Shown here: positions 48,090 to 57,472 of the stretch, one piece after another
Position numbering within the stretch: position 1 is the stretch's first letter
Layout of the letters: every line of letters begins with the position of its first letter
DNA from: Candidatus Micrarchaeaceae archaeon
Lineage (GTDB): Bacteria > Chloroflexota > Dormibacteria > Aeolococcales > Bog-877
Assembly: GCA_035531715.1 (NCBI GenBank)
Contig: DATKSI010000028.1
Span: forward strand, 7,003-71,002
Reading direction: 5' to 3'
DNA length: 64,000 nt
Made by a program: the position numbers and the translations under genes
Notes under the pieces: model-generated
Database searches by the model: none
What the model was told of the DNA's origin: nothing
What the model saw: the letters and a program-made list of their open reading frames with translations, nothing else

Positions 48090-50075
48090 ATGCCCTCTCT
48101 GGCGCGCGCGGTCGGGCTGGGGCTCAACGCCCAAGGCGACGTGCGCGACGCCGTGGGCCAGGCTGAGCTGGCGGAGCGGGCGGGCCTGGAGTCGGTCTGG
48201 TTCCACGAGTCCTACTTCGCTCGGGATGCGGTCACCTACGCCACCGCCGTCGCCACCACGGTTCCGCGAATCCGGGTCTGTCTGGGGGCGCTCAACCCCA
48301 ACACGAGAAACCAGGTGGTGCTGGCGATGACGGTGAGCGCCCTTGACGATCTGGCCCCCGGGCGGATCACCCTAGCTCTGGGCACCGCCCTCCCCCTGCG
48401 CCTGGCCCAGATGGGGATCCCTTACCAACCCGAGTCGGCGATCGCCAAGGTGGAGCAGACAGTTGGCGAACTGCGTCAGCTGTGGCGCGGTGAGCGGTTG
48501 GCGCTGGGTCTGCCGGGAGTGCCCGAGATCGAGCCCATGTTTCCCCCGGTGCACCAGGTGCCAATTTGGGTGGCTGGCTATCGGAGGGAGTTCCACGAGC
48601 TGGCCGGACGCACCGCTGACGGTTACCTGGCCCGGCCGGCGGAGCCCTTGGAGTCCGTGGCGCTGGCGGCCCAACGAATCAGGCAGTCGGCCGTGGCAGC
48701 CGGACGGGACCCCTCGTCGGTGACGATCGGGGGATACCTTCTCTCCCTGATCGACGGCAGTCGCCGGGCGGCGTTGGATCGAGCCAAACGGGAGCCGTTC
48801 GCCATCTACATGCTGGCGGTGCAAACCGACCTCGCCATGCGCCGGGCGGGAATGGACCCCGACCTGCGCCAGCCGATCTTGGCCGCCTGGAAAGCGGAGG
48901 ACTATCACCGGGCTGCCCAGCTCATCCCGGATGAGCTCGTGGACGCCTTCCTGCTCTGTGGAACGCGCGAAGAGGTGGCGGCCAAAGCCGAGCGGTTCCG
49001 GGAAGTCGGGATGGATCTGCCCATCCTTCAGCCGGTGGTCCAAGAGGACGCCCAGGTGGAGGCCGTCATCGAGGCGGCGGCGCTATACGGTGCCGGCGGC
49101 GCGGTGGATCGCGTCCGGGGGATCAGGCGGCAGCGCGCGGCCGAATCCACCGATCGGATCGGTCTGCTGCGGCGGGCCCGAGGCTGGGTGGAGATCACCC
49201 GACCGTTCGCCCTCACCGCCTCGATCGTGCCGGTCTCGACGGCGGCATCCCTGGCTGCGGTCCAGCATCAGTTCAGCTGGCCGCTCTTTGGTCTGGTGCT
49301 GGTGGGCGCCGTCCTGCTCCAGGTGGGTACCAACGTGATCAACGAGATCTATGACGTCCGGATGGGAATCGACGCCATCACCTCGCCACGGGCCAGCCAG
49401 GCGCTGCTCAGCGGCCGGGTCCGAGAACGGGAAGCGTTCGTGCTTGCGGGCACCGCCTTCCTGATCGCCGCGCTGATCGGCGTGGCGCTGATCCTTACTC
49501 GCGGTTGGCCCCTGGCCGTCATCGGCGCCATCGGCCTGATCGGCGGGTGGGGATACACCGCCCCGCCACTGCAGTACAAGTACCGGGCCGCGGGGTTGCC
49601 ACTGGTCTTCCTGCTGATGGGACCGCTCATGGTGCTCGGCGCCTACTTCACCATCACCGGACAGCTCACTTGGGCGGCCGCGGCGGTGAGTCTACCGATC
49701 GGTCTCCTGGTGACGGCGATCCTCCACGGCAACGAGTGGAGAGACATCGGCGAGGACGCTCGTGCCGGGATCAGCACGGTCTCAATCAGGGCCGGTCGAC
49801 GGGTCGCCCACAACCTATACGTGGTGCTCTTGGTGGGCGCTTTCGTGGCCCTGGGCGCGACCGTCGCGGTGGGGCTACTGCCCCGCCTCAGCCTCTTGGC
49901 CCTGTTCTCTTTGCCCCTACTGGTGCGAGCCCTCAACGCCTCCCAGCTGGGCGCCGCCGGACAGCAGCGGGCGATTGCCATGATCGATCTGGAAACCGCG
50001 CAACTTCACGCCAGCTTCGGACTGCTGCTGGTTGTCGGCATCGCCCTCAGCGTCGCCTGGCACCCGGGCGGCTGA
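48090..50075 (+). CDS. Fusion: luciferase-like (LLM, F420/flavin-dependent) oxidoreductase + UbiA-superfamily (MenA-like) prenyltransferase
   Basis: Residues 1-~335 form an LLM TIM barrel (AERAGLESVWFHESYFARD...ITLALGT...IWVAGYR). Residues ~355-661 are polytopic with NVINEIYDVRMGID (NxxxDxxxD). It is a single ORF, with GGAGG 8 nt before the ATG at 48090. Confidence 0.75.
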   Translation: MPSLARAVGLGLNAQGDVRDAVGQAELAERAGLESVWFHESYFARDAVTYATAVATTVPRIRVCLGALNPNTRNQVVLAMTVSALDDLAPGRITLALGTALPLRLAQMGIPYQPESAIAKVEQTVGELRQLWRGERLALGLPGVPEIEPMFPPVHQVPIWVAGYRREFHELAGRTADGYLARPAEPLESVALAAQRIRQSAVAAGRDPSSVTIGGYLLSLIDGSRRAALDRAKREPFAIYMLAVQTDLAMRRAGMDPDLRQPILAAWKAEDYHRAAQLIPDELVDAFLLCGTREEVAAKAERFREVGMDLPILQPVVQEDAQVEAVIEAAALYGAGGAVDRVRGIRRQRAAESTDRIGLLRRARGWVEITRPFALTASIVPVSTAASLAAVQHQFSWPLFGLVLVGAVLLQVGTNVINEIYDVRMGIDAITSPRASQALLSGRVREREAFVLAGTAFLIAALIGVALILTRGWPLAVIGAIGLIGGWGYTAPPLQYKYRAAGLPLVFLLMGPLMVLGAYFTITGQLTWAAAAVSLPIGLLVTAILHGNEWRDIGEDARAGISTVSIRAGRRVAHNLYVVLLVGAFVALGATVAVGLLPRLSLLALFSLPLLVRALNASQLGAAGQQRAIAMIDLETAQLHASFGLLLVVGIALSVAWHPGG

Positions 50076-50079
50076 GGGG

Positions 50080-50721
50080 ATGAGGATTCGTCTGCCCCAG
50101 CGACCACAATCCCAGCTGGTGCTAGGGAGCTCCGTAGTCGCCTACTTGGCGTTCGCCGCCACCTTTCGGGGTCCCCGGTCGCGCTTTTGGCAGCGGATGA
50201 CGGAAACCGCCGCCGTATTGGGTGCCAGCTCACTGCTCGGCCGGCGAGAGCTGCGCCAGCAGCGGCCGAGGAGGAGCGATTTGGCACTCGGCGCGGCGAT
50301 CGCGGCCGGCCTTTACGCGGTGTTCGCCGTGGGCGACCGAGCCGCCCGGGTGGTGATGCCCCATGGGGATCAGGACATCGGCAACATATATGAGCTTCGC
50401 CGGCTCCGCCCCCGCGCCGAGATAGCGCTCCGACTGGCTCTGGTGATCGCGCCCGCGGAGGAACTCTTCTGGCGCGGGCTGGTCCAAGAAACCCTTGCTG
50501 AGCGCTATGGCCGGACCCAGGCGGCGGCGATCTCCGCCGCCATGTACGGCGGTGCCCACATCTGCACCGGCAATCCCACCTTGGTGGGGGCCGCGACGAT
50601 CGCCGGCGCGGGATGGTCGGGGCTGGCGGCGGCCGGTGTACCCATGCCGGCGCTGGTGGCCAGCCACGTCATCTGGGACGTCTGGATCTTCCTGATCCGC
50701 CCCACCCGCACGGTGACCTGA
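50080..50721 (+). CDS. CPBP family intramembrane glutamic endopeptidase (CAAX protease/Abi)
   Basis: PAEELFWRGLVQ (the EExxxR motif) and YGGAHI are present. The ATG at 50080 is 4 nt after the previous stop. Confidence 0.75.
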   Translation: MRIRLPQRPQSQLVLGSSVVAYLAFAATFRGPRSRFWQRMTETAAVLGASSLLGRRELRQQRPRRSDLALGAAIAAGLYAVFAVGDRAARVVMPHGDQDIGNIYELRRLRPRAEIALRLALVIAPAEELFWRGLVQETLAERYGRTQAAAISAAMYGGAHICTGNPTLVGAATIAGAGWSGLAAAGVPMPALVASHVIWDVWIFLIRPTRTVT

Positions 50722-50894
50722 GCTCATACCGATGCCGTGTTGGCGACTCCAGCTCGGGTCGCCCGACCGGACCGAAGGCCAGCGGCTGCGTGCAGGGGCT
50801 GTGCCCTCGCCCCAACGTCGTACGGAAGCATCCGCGTGTCTGGGCGGGGCGGCTACTGGAACCGCGCAGGCAGCCCAATGGATACGATCTGGAG

Positions 50895-51125
50895 ATGGAT
50901 GAGCTCAACCCCGGGGAGCGCGGGCGGATCCGCCGTCGGGACCGCAAGCGGATCACCAAGATGATCGTTGACGGCGGCAACCTGCGTCGGCAGGTGCACG
51001 CCCTCCGCGAGCGGGCGCTGCGCCACAAGCCCGCCGCGCCCCGACCCGATGGTCCCGGTGCGAATCCCCCGGGAGCCAAGTCATCACGCACCGACACTGG
51101 AGCGACCGGAGGAAGGCGGGGGTAG
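50895..51125 (+). CDS. Small basic hypothetical protein (76 aa)
   Basis: MDELNPGERGRIRRRDRKRITKMIVDGGNLRRQVHALRERALRHKP... Third-position GC is very high over the first ~55 codons. I recognise no family and the start is uncertain. Confidence 0.3.
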   Translation: MDELNPGERGRIRRRDRKRITKMIVDGGNLRRQVHALRERALRHKPAAPRPDGPGANPPGAKSSRTDTGATGGRRG

Positions 51126-51521
51126 GGGAGGAAGGCAGTCACCTCGGGATGACGCAGCACCCCCGACCGCTCGGGGACCGCGGTCGAGGCGCAACGCCAA
51201 AAGTCGGTCGTCCCCCGGCGCAGTCGCATCGCAGTCCGGTGCAGCTGCCGATCCGGCCCGGGCCGAAAAGGGCTGGGCGGCCGACGGCGCCCTCGCGGAA
51301 CAGGTTAAACCCTCCTGGGGCAACCCCGTTCCCGTCCCGCAGTGCCTGTCCCGGGCAGGTGAAGGTGAGCCTGAGACACGTTCGTTTTCGCTGCTGCAGC
51401 GGCCATGGGGGAAACAGCTAGCACGGCTCGACTGGCTCCTCGATAACAGGTGCCGATTTGGTGACCGCCGGGTGCGCGCATGGGGACCGTGATCACCCAG
51501 CTCCAGTCACGGGCCGACCCC

Positions 51522-52355
51522 CTACTGGAATTGGTCCGGCTTCCGCCAGGGGTTGCTTGCGGGACGGGGGAGCGAAGCTACCGCAGTGGCCTCGATCCCC
51601 CTACGATCTCCGTCCTCGTCGACCAAGATCCGATCGAATTCGAATCGTGACGCCTCGAGGAACGGGATCAGCGAGCCCGACTGGTCACCGCCGATCTCCA
51701 CGAGCAGGTGGCCCCCGTCCCGGAGCCATTCGCTGGCTTGGCCCACCGCCCGCCGAAGCACCACCAGGCCGTCGGGACCGCCGTCGAGGGCTGACGGTGG
51801 TTCGAACGCCCGGACGTCACGGGGGAGGTAGACGAGCTCGTCGGTGGGAACGTACGGAAGGACGGCGATCACCAGATCGATCGTACCCTTCCACGATTCT
51901 GGTACCGCCTCAAAGAGGTCACCCTCCGCGACTGTAATACCGTTGCGGCGAGCGCACCGAGCAGCTGTCGGATCGCTTTCGGTGCCCAGAATGGAGGCGT
52001 TGGGCCGAGCATCGAGCAGCGCGCGTGCGATCGCCCCACACCCGGTACCCAGGTCAATGGCCCGGCCATTTTCGGGAAGTAGTTCAGCTGCCCGTCGCGC
52101 CAGGGGCTCGCTCTGTGTCCTCGGGACGAACACGCCCGGGGCGATGAGCAGAGAGCAGCCACAGAACTCTGCGGTCCCAGTGATCCAGGCGAGCGGCTCG
52201 CCGGTCGACCGTCGCTCGACCATCGCCGACAACCTGGACTCGTCGTCGACAGCGACTTGGGCGAGTTCCCCGGCCTCCTCTTCGGCGAACACGCAACCGG
52301 CTGCGGCCAATCGGCGCGCCGCCTCCGACAACGCAGCTCTGGAAAACCCCGGCAC
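51522..52355 (-). CDS. PrmC/HemK-related N5-glutamine methyltransferase (actinobacterial-type)
   Basis: The SAM motif AIDLGTGCGAI is present, and the substrate motif appears as the variant VLPYVP in place of NPPY. Confidence 0.75.
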   Translation of the reverse strand: MPGFSRAALSEAARRLAAAGCVFAEEEAGELAQVAVDDESRLSAMVERRSTGEPLAWITGTAEFCGCSLLIAPGVFVPRTQSEPLARRAAELLPENGRAIDLGTGCGAIARALLDARPNASILGTESDPTAARCARRNGITVAEGDLFEAVPESWKGTIDLVIAVLPYVPTDELVYLPRDVRAFEPPSALDGGPDGLVVLRRAVGQASEWLRDGGHLLVEIGGDQSGSLIPFLEASRFEFDRILVDEDGDRRGIEATAVASLPRPASNPWRKPDQFQ

Positions 52356-52367
52356 CGCTGGATTAGA

Positions 52368-52775
52368 TCACGGCTCGGCAGACTCGGCGAGCGGATCCTG
52401 CGCCACGAGCCCCTCGAGTTGGCGGACCAGGTAGGCCGGAGCGATCGCGCGGTAGCTCTCGTCGAGCCAGTCGAGAAGGGTCCCCTGGTCGGGACAAGCC
52501 GGGTGGTCGAGATGGACGGTGACCCAGCAGGATTTCCCGAGACCGTGGCTGGTCGGTTCAGTGGAATCCAAGGACGGAGCGTGGGGAGCAGAACGCGGAA
52601 GCTTGAACGCGACCGCGACCTCGACCCCGGCCCGGCCACTGAGGCCCAGGCAGGCGAAGATTTTCTTGTTCACCTTGGCGACAGGCTCGCCCCAGGGGAA
52701 CTCTTCGTACGCTCCGGGGTAGCCCGCCGCCGCCCGGATCAGCGTCTCCACACGAACCTTCACTCGAGGCACCAT
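52368..52775 (-). CDS. MmcQ/YjbR family DNA-binding protein
   Basis: YPGAYEEFPWGEPVAKVNKKIFACLG is the YjbR signature. Confidence 0.75.
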   Translation of the reverse strand: MVPRVKVRVETLIRAAAGYPGAYEEFPWGEPVAKVNKKIFACLGLSGRAGVEVAVAFKLPRSAPHAPSLDSTEPTSHGLGKSCWVTVHLDHPACPDQGTLLDWLDESYRAIAPAYLVRQLEGLVAQDPLAESAEP

Positions 52776-53471
52776 CTAGTGCTGACCCACACAGGATGGC
52801 GCCGTCCACCGGTTGGCCTCCCAGGCCTGGTGCGTGAGTTCATCGATTCTCCGTTGGCTGCCCAACTGCCGCCTCCAGGGCCCAAAAAAATCCGCCGCGG
52901 TGCGATGGGTCGCGGTCGGGTAGATAAGCCTTAGCCCCAGCAGCCCAAGGATATACTCGCCATGGTGGACCGCTCCTCCACGCGTTGCGGTGATGGGTCC
53001 CCGGAGATGCGTGGTGGCGTCGAGCACCGCCTGCAAGTTGGTCGGCCTCGCTGTCGGAAACACTGTACTTTCTCTGACGACGTCCCGAGCAGCCCTCACG
53101 TCGAACTAGAACCCCCCGACGGCTCGGCAAGGGACGAACTTGGGTGGCGTCACCCTTGCCGTGGCCACCAGTTGGCCCCATCTCTCACCGTCCCGAACGC
53201 ACAAAGCGATCGTGTCAGCCACCGCTGGTCTTCGTACAAGTCCAGGTCTGCGGCGAGAGCTAGCCGCTCCGCGTGGATATGCGACCGGAGACCCGCGTTG
53301 CCTATGCCGCACTCCCCTCCAACAAGCTCTCCCGGTTGGGTGGCACCGAGACTCCTGCCGTCCCACTTTTCTGGAAATACCATCAGTCCAGAGCTTTGTC
53401 CGATATTCGGCGGGATCTTGCGGATTCCGCGACCATGTGTCATTCCACTCACCCCCTTGCCCGACGGACAT
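52776..53471 (-). pseudogene. Fragmented DinB/MDMPI-like gene spread over at least two reading frames (tentative)
   Basis: ORF 53150-53452 contains HAERLALAADLDLYEDQRWLTRSLCAFGTVRD, which resembles the MDMPI_N/DinB N-terminus. ORF 52776-53099, in a different frame, contains AVHHGEYILG and ends TAG directly before the mmcQ ATG. The region has visibly lower GC than its flanks. Confidence 0.3.
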
Positions 53472-53642
53472 CGATGACTGGGAAAATGATCACCCTGTGT
53501 GGGGGTGCTGGGGAAGTTTGCTTGTGACTTGTATCCGCCCCCTCGGCGACCACCGCGAGCCAGAGCCCATGGGCCAGCCAGATGGTCGCCGCAGCCTAGC
53601 GAAGCGGCGCGTCCTGTCGGGCATCCAGGTCACGTGCTGTCC

Positions 53643-56084
53643 CTATGGCGGGCTGAGCACGTCATGGTGCTGCCGGGGTCCGTTCCGTGACCGTCGACCC
53701 TGCGGTGAACCCTTGGGCTGGTCCCGCTGCCCGACAACCAATGCCGCGATCATGCGGGCGACCATCCCCATCAGCGCCATCACCGCCGGGTCCTCAGGAA
53801 CGTGGCGGCGGCTGGCGCCACACAGGGTGCCGTAGACCACTTGCGACGACAGGGTCACAGGAACGCTGGCGTAGGTCACGATCCCGAGGTCGCGCGCTGC
53901 CGTGCTGTCCGGCCAGACGTCCGGTACATTCGACGCCCAGGGCTGCCCCGCCTCGAGGGAACGGCGGCAGAGGGTGTCTGACCACGCAATTACCAGACCC
54001 TCGGGGATGATCAGATCCCCACGGTTGGCAGCGATCAGGATCTCCTGCTCAGCTCCTTCCCAGTCAATCCTGGTGAGGTAAACCGACTCGAGGCCGGTAC
54101 GCTCCTGCAGCTCCTCCAGAATTGGGCGGAGCGCTAGACCCAAGCTGACCATCACCGGTTGATCGGCGAGGTCGGCGGCGTGGATCACGTTCCTGTACTG
54201 GCCCGGCCTTCTGGAGTTTTCGCCCTGTGGAGCGTGCCGCTCCGGCAGGAGCCGCCGGGACAGCAGCCCGAGGATCTCGCTTGATGGTGCAGGCCGGCCC
54301 AGGAGATAGCCCTGCAGCTCCTCGCACCCGTTCCGGGTGAGAAAGTCAACCTGCTCCATGGTCTCAACGCCTTCAGCCACCACGGTGACGCCGAGGCCAT
54401 GGGCCAGCGCCAGAGTGGCGGCCACGATCGTGCTGTCCTGGGGCCGGACTCTGATCCCGCTGACGAAGGACCGGTCGATCTTGAGAACCTGAAAGGGGAA
54501 GCGTTGGAGAGCGGTGAGCGAGGAGTTGCCGGTTCCAAAGTCGTCGATGGCCAGGCCCACCCCGAGCGCGTGCAACCGGTCTAGCATCACTGTAGCGCCC
54601 TCCGGGTCCGTGCTCAAGACGCTCTCGGTGACCTCCAGGCAGACCTGATCAGGAGCCAGGCCATAGTCGGTGATGGCCTTCGCCACTTGAGCCACCAGGC
54701 CTGGGTCCAGCAACTGGACGGTCGAGAGGTTGACGGAGACGCTCAACTCCGCGGCAGCCGGATCATCCGCCGTCCAGTCGGCCAGAGTTCGGCACGCCTG
54801 TTGCAGAACCCAGCCCCCGATCTCGGAGATGCTCCCCGTCTCCTCGGCCAGAGAGATAAACTGGTCAGGGCCGAGCAAGCCCTGGTTGGGGTGCTCCCAG
54901 CGGACCAATGCCTCCACGCTGGTGATGCGTCCGGAGGCGACGGACACGATGGGCTGGAAGTCGAGCCTCAGCTCCCCTCGGTCGGTGGCGCCGGCAAGCT
55001 GATCCGCCAGCTCGACCCGCGCCTCAAACGCCAGATCAAACTCGGCCGGGATGACTTGGATGCGCCCCGGGGGGCCGAGCCTGGCCTGATGCAGGGCGTC
55101 CGACGCCCGCCGGATAAGCTCGTCGGGAACCCCCCAGTCCGAGCAGATGGCGACGCCCACGGTCACCTGCCCGATCCATGCGCGGCCGCCGACCGAATAG
55201 CGGCTCCCCAGGCGGCCGAGCACCCTGGCGACTGTGGCCTCGATATTCCCGACCGCGGTCTCCGGCATCGCCAGCGCGAAGATGGCCCCGTCGAGACGGG
55301 CCACCAAGTCGCTCGGGCGAGCCCCTCGGGCCATTCGCCTGGCGAAAGTGCGCAGCACCTCGTCCTTGGCGGCCAGGCCGAACAAGTCGGTCACATCCGG
55401 CAGGCGGCGTAGGTTGAAGGCCGCCATGGCCCCGATGGCGCCGTCATGGCGCGCCGACAGCTCGCTCATCGCCTCCCTCAGCCCTCGCCAATTGAGGAGA
55501 CCCGTAAGCTCGTCGTGCCGGGCCAGCGAGAGCAACTCGGCCTCAATCTTCTTGCGCTCGCGGATGTCCCGGAATATCCGCAGCACGGCAACGGTCCGGC
55601 CTCCGGGATCGCGCAGCGACACAGTGGAGATGGCCACGTCGATCAGGCGGCCGTCCCGGTGGCGCCGCTGGGTCTCGTGCTCCACCACTGAAGCGCTGCT
55701 CAGCGTGCGTGCCAGGATCTCCTCGCGGGAACTGAATTCTATGCTCTGGAGCGGACGGCCGATGACTTCGGCCGCGCTCCATCCGAACAGGCGCTCCGAG
55801 GCAGGGTTCCAGAGCAGCGCGATTCCGTTGAGATCTGCCACCACCAGAGCGGTGGGAGAACCCGTCACGGCGGCCCTCAGCAGCTCGTGCTCGGAGAGGT
55901 TGAGGAGGGTGACTCCGGCGTGCGGCAGGGCGGAAGATCCGTTCCGACCAGAAGCGCTCTGCCGCCGGTCCCCAACGCGTATGGGCTTCGAGCTCGCCGG
56001 CGGACGCTTCCCGTTCCGCACCGTGGGAGAGGTCGCCCCATCCGCGATCTGACGCGCAGGGCCCCTCTCGATCGGGGCGGTCAT
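53643..56084 (-). CDS. PAS - degenerate GGDEF - EAL - C-terminal GAF signalling protein
   Basis: The PAS segment reads ALVVADLNGIALLWNPASERLFGW. The GGDEF domain has its active site replaced (RPSDLVARLDGAIFAL) but keeps the RxxD spacing. The EAL domain is intact (VEALVRWEHP, LEVTES, DDFGTGNSSL, KIDRSF, EGVET, LQGY). A C-terminal GAF-like domain follows. ATG at 56084 is preferred over TTG at 56129. Confidence 0.85.
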   Translation of the reverse strand: MTAPIERGPARQIADGATSPTVRNGKRPPASSKPIRVGDRRQSASGRNGSSALPHAGVTLLNLSEHELLRAAVTGSPTALVVADLNGIALLWNPASERLFGWSAAEVIGRPLQSIEFSSREEILARTLSSASVVEHETQRRHRDGRLIDVAISTVSLRDPGGRTVAVLRIFRDIRERKKIEAELLSLARHDELTGLLNWRGLREAMSELSARHDGAIGAMAAFNLRRLPDVTDLFGLAAKDEVLRTFARRMARGARPSDLVARLDGAIFALAMPETAVGNIEATVARVLGRLGSRYSVGGRAWIGQVTVGVAICSDWGVPDELIRRASDALHQARLGPPGRIQVIPAEFDLAFEARVELADQLAGATDRGELRLDFQPIVSVASGRITSVEALVRWEHPNQGLLGPDQFISLAEETGSISEIGGWVLQQACRTLADWTADDPAAAELSVSVNLSTVQLLDPGLVAQVAKAITDYGLAPDQVCLEVTESVLSTDPEGATVMLDRLHALGVGLAIDDFGTGNSSLTALQRFPFQVLKIDRSFVSGIRVRPQDSTIVAATLALAHGLGVTVVAEGVETMEQVDFLTRNGCEELQGYLLGRPAPSSEILGLLSRRLLPERHAPQGENSRRPGQYRNVIHAADLADQPVMVSLGLALRPILEELQERTGLESVYLTRIDWEGAEQEILIAANRGDLIIPEGLVIAWSDTLCRRSLEAGQPWASNVPDVWPDSTAARDLGIVTYASVPVTLSSQVVYGTLCGASRRHVPEDPAVMALMGMVARMIAALVVGQRDQPKGSPQGRRSRNGPRQHHDVLSPP

Positions 56085-56484
56085 GAAGTGAAGCCTAGTG
56101 CCCAGCCGTCCCACCGGGCAATGACGCAAAGGTCACGGTCCGTTGACACATTGGGGCGCGGACACCACCCAGCAGCCGACACCCTCTGAGCGTCGCGCCG
56201 AAACGACTTGGGGGAGAGGGAGGGGAGCAGCAGAGTTCCGGTGTCCGGCGTTGTGGCCGGAGCTACTCGGTGTCGCCCGCGCGATCGACGGCTATGGCCG
56301 CGACCCCCATCAAGTCAACGGCGATCCCTAGCCCCAAGTCCCAAGAGCCCCTGGTGGCATACGGACAGGCGGATCAACATGACGCCCAATCACCTCACCG
56401 GAAGGGGCACACCCCTTCTCCGTTGACCCCCGGGTCGACCAGGTCGAGGCATGCAGCCAACTGAGACAGGGTTGTAGCCACTCC

Positions 56485-57407
56485 GTGCGGACCGGAGCGG
56501 TGCCCCCAGGGAGAATGACGTCCCAGGGGATAGCGATGATGAGAGACTCAAAGTCAGCGGTGACAGCCGTCCGAAGCTTCGCTCCTGACTTGGTTCGGTC
56601 TGGGAAGCTGATCCCGGGCCTTGGCAGCACGCTGCTCCAGCGCGCGTCCGCTGCCCTGGTGGTCGCGCTGCTACTGGGTGCCGTCGCGTTCCTGCATCCT
56701 GACCGCAAGCTGGCCTATGAGTTCCTGCTGAGCGCAGTACTGATCTGTCTGGTGGCTGGGAGCGCAGCCCTACCCTGGTCCAGGATTCCTCAGTGGACCA
56801 GGGTGTTTCCGCCGCTCGCCTACCTGCTTTCGGTTGCGATTCTGATCCCCAAGGTTGGCATCGGCGACATCGAGCTGGTGCCGCTTCTCCTGCCGCCGGT
56901 TGTGTGGACCTCCTTATCCTTGGGTCGCCGGACATCGGCCGGCGTCGCCGGAGCGACTGCCCTGGCGCTGGTCGCCATGCCATCTCCGTCAGTCAGCACT
57001 TTCCCTTGACAGTCGTGGCCTGGGCCGTGGTCGTGTGGGGTGGCGTTGCCCTGGTGATCGCCATCAGTGTCCGCAGCCTTCGGGAACAACTGGCCCATGC
57101 TGTCGACGAGGGGATCGAGTTGCTGCGCCAGGCTGAAGCCTTGAGCGAAGCGGCCGGCATCTTGACCTCGCTCCAAGATCCCCAGTTGGTGCTCCGAGAA
57201 GCCTGCCGGCTGGGGGCTGAGATGGTCTCTCCCGTGGGGGTGCGGGGCCGCCGGGCTCAGTACATTCGAATCAAGGGCGACACCGCCTGCCTTGATCTCA
57301 TCGTCGCTGAATTTGACCACCTCGATATCCGACCATTTTCGCTGAGCGAGCACCCAGCCCGAGATCCAGACTTAATCTCGGAGAGTGGCGCGCCCAGACG
57401 GATTTGA
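56485..57407 (+). pseudogene. Frameshifted and 3'-truncated membrane sensor gene (TM region + start of a GAF-like domain)
   Basis: ORF 56485-57009 (about 4 TM helices) continues sensibly only in another frame (56995-57407: LTVVAWAVVVWGGVALVIAISV...LVLREACRLGAEMV). The last 22 nt and the stop lie inside the tRNA-like element. Confidence 0.4.
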
Positions 57408-57457
57408 ACCCCCGCTCCCAGATTCGTAGCCTTGCAGCTACCGAGAACGGTGTGCGC
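57386..57457 (-). other. Degenerate tRNA-like element (tRNA-Arg(ACG)-like 3' part with CCA; probable pseudo-tRNA or att remnant)
   Basis: The reverse strand reads GCGCACACCGTTCTCGGTAGCTGCAAGGCTACGAATCTGGGAGCGGGGGTTCAAATCCGTCTGGGCGCGCCA. It has a GGTTCAAATCC T-loop, a CTACGAA anticodon-loop-like heptamer, and an acceptor stem with 1 mismatch. The T stem has a G:G mismatch, the anticodon stem has an A:G mismatch, and there is no credible D arm. Confidence 0.35.
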
Positions 57458-57472
57458 GTAGGGACTCGAGGC

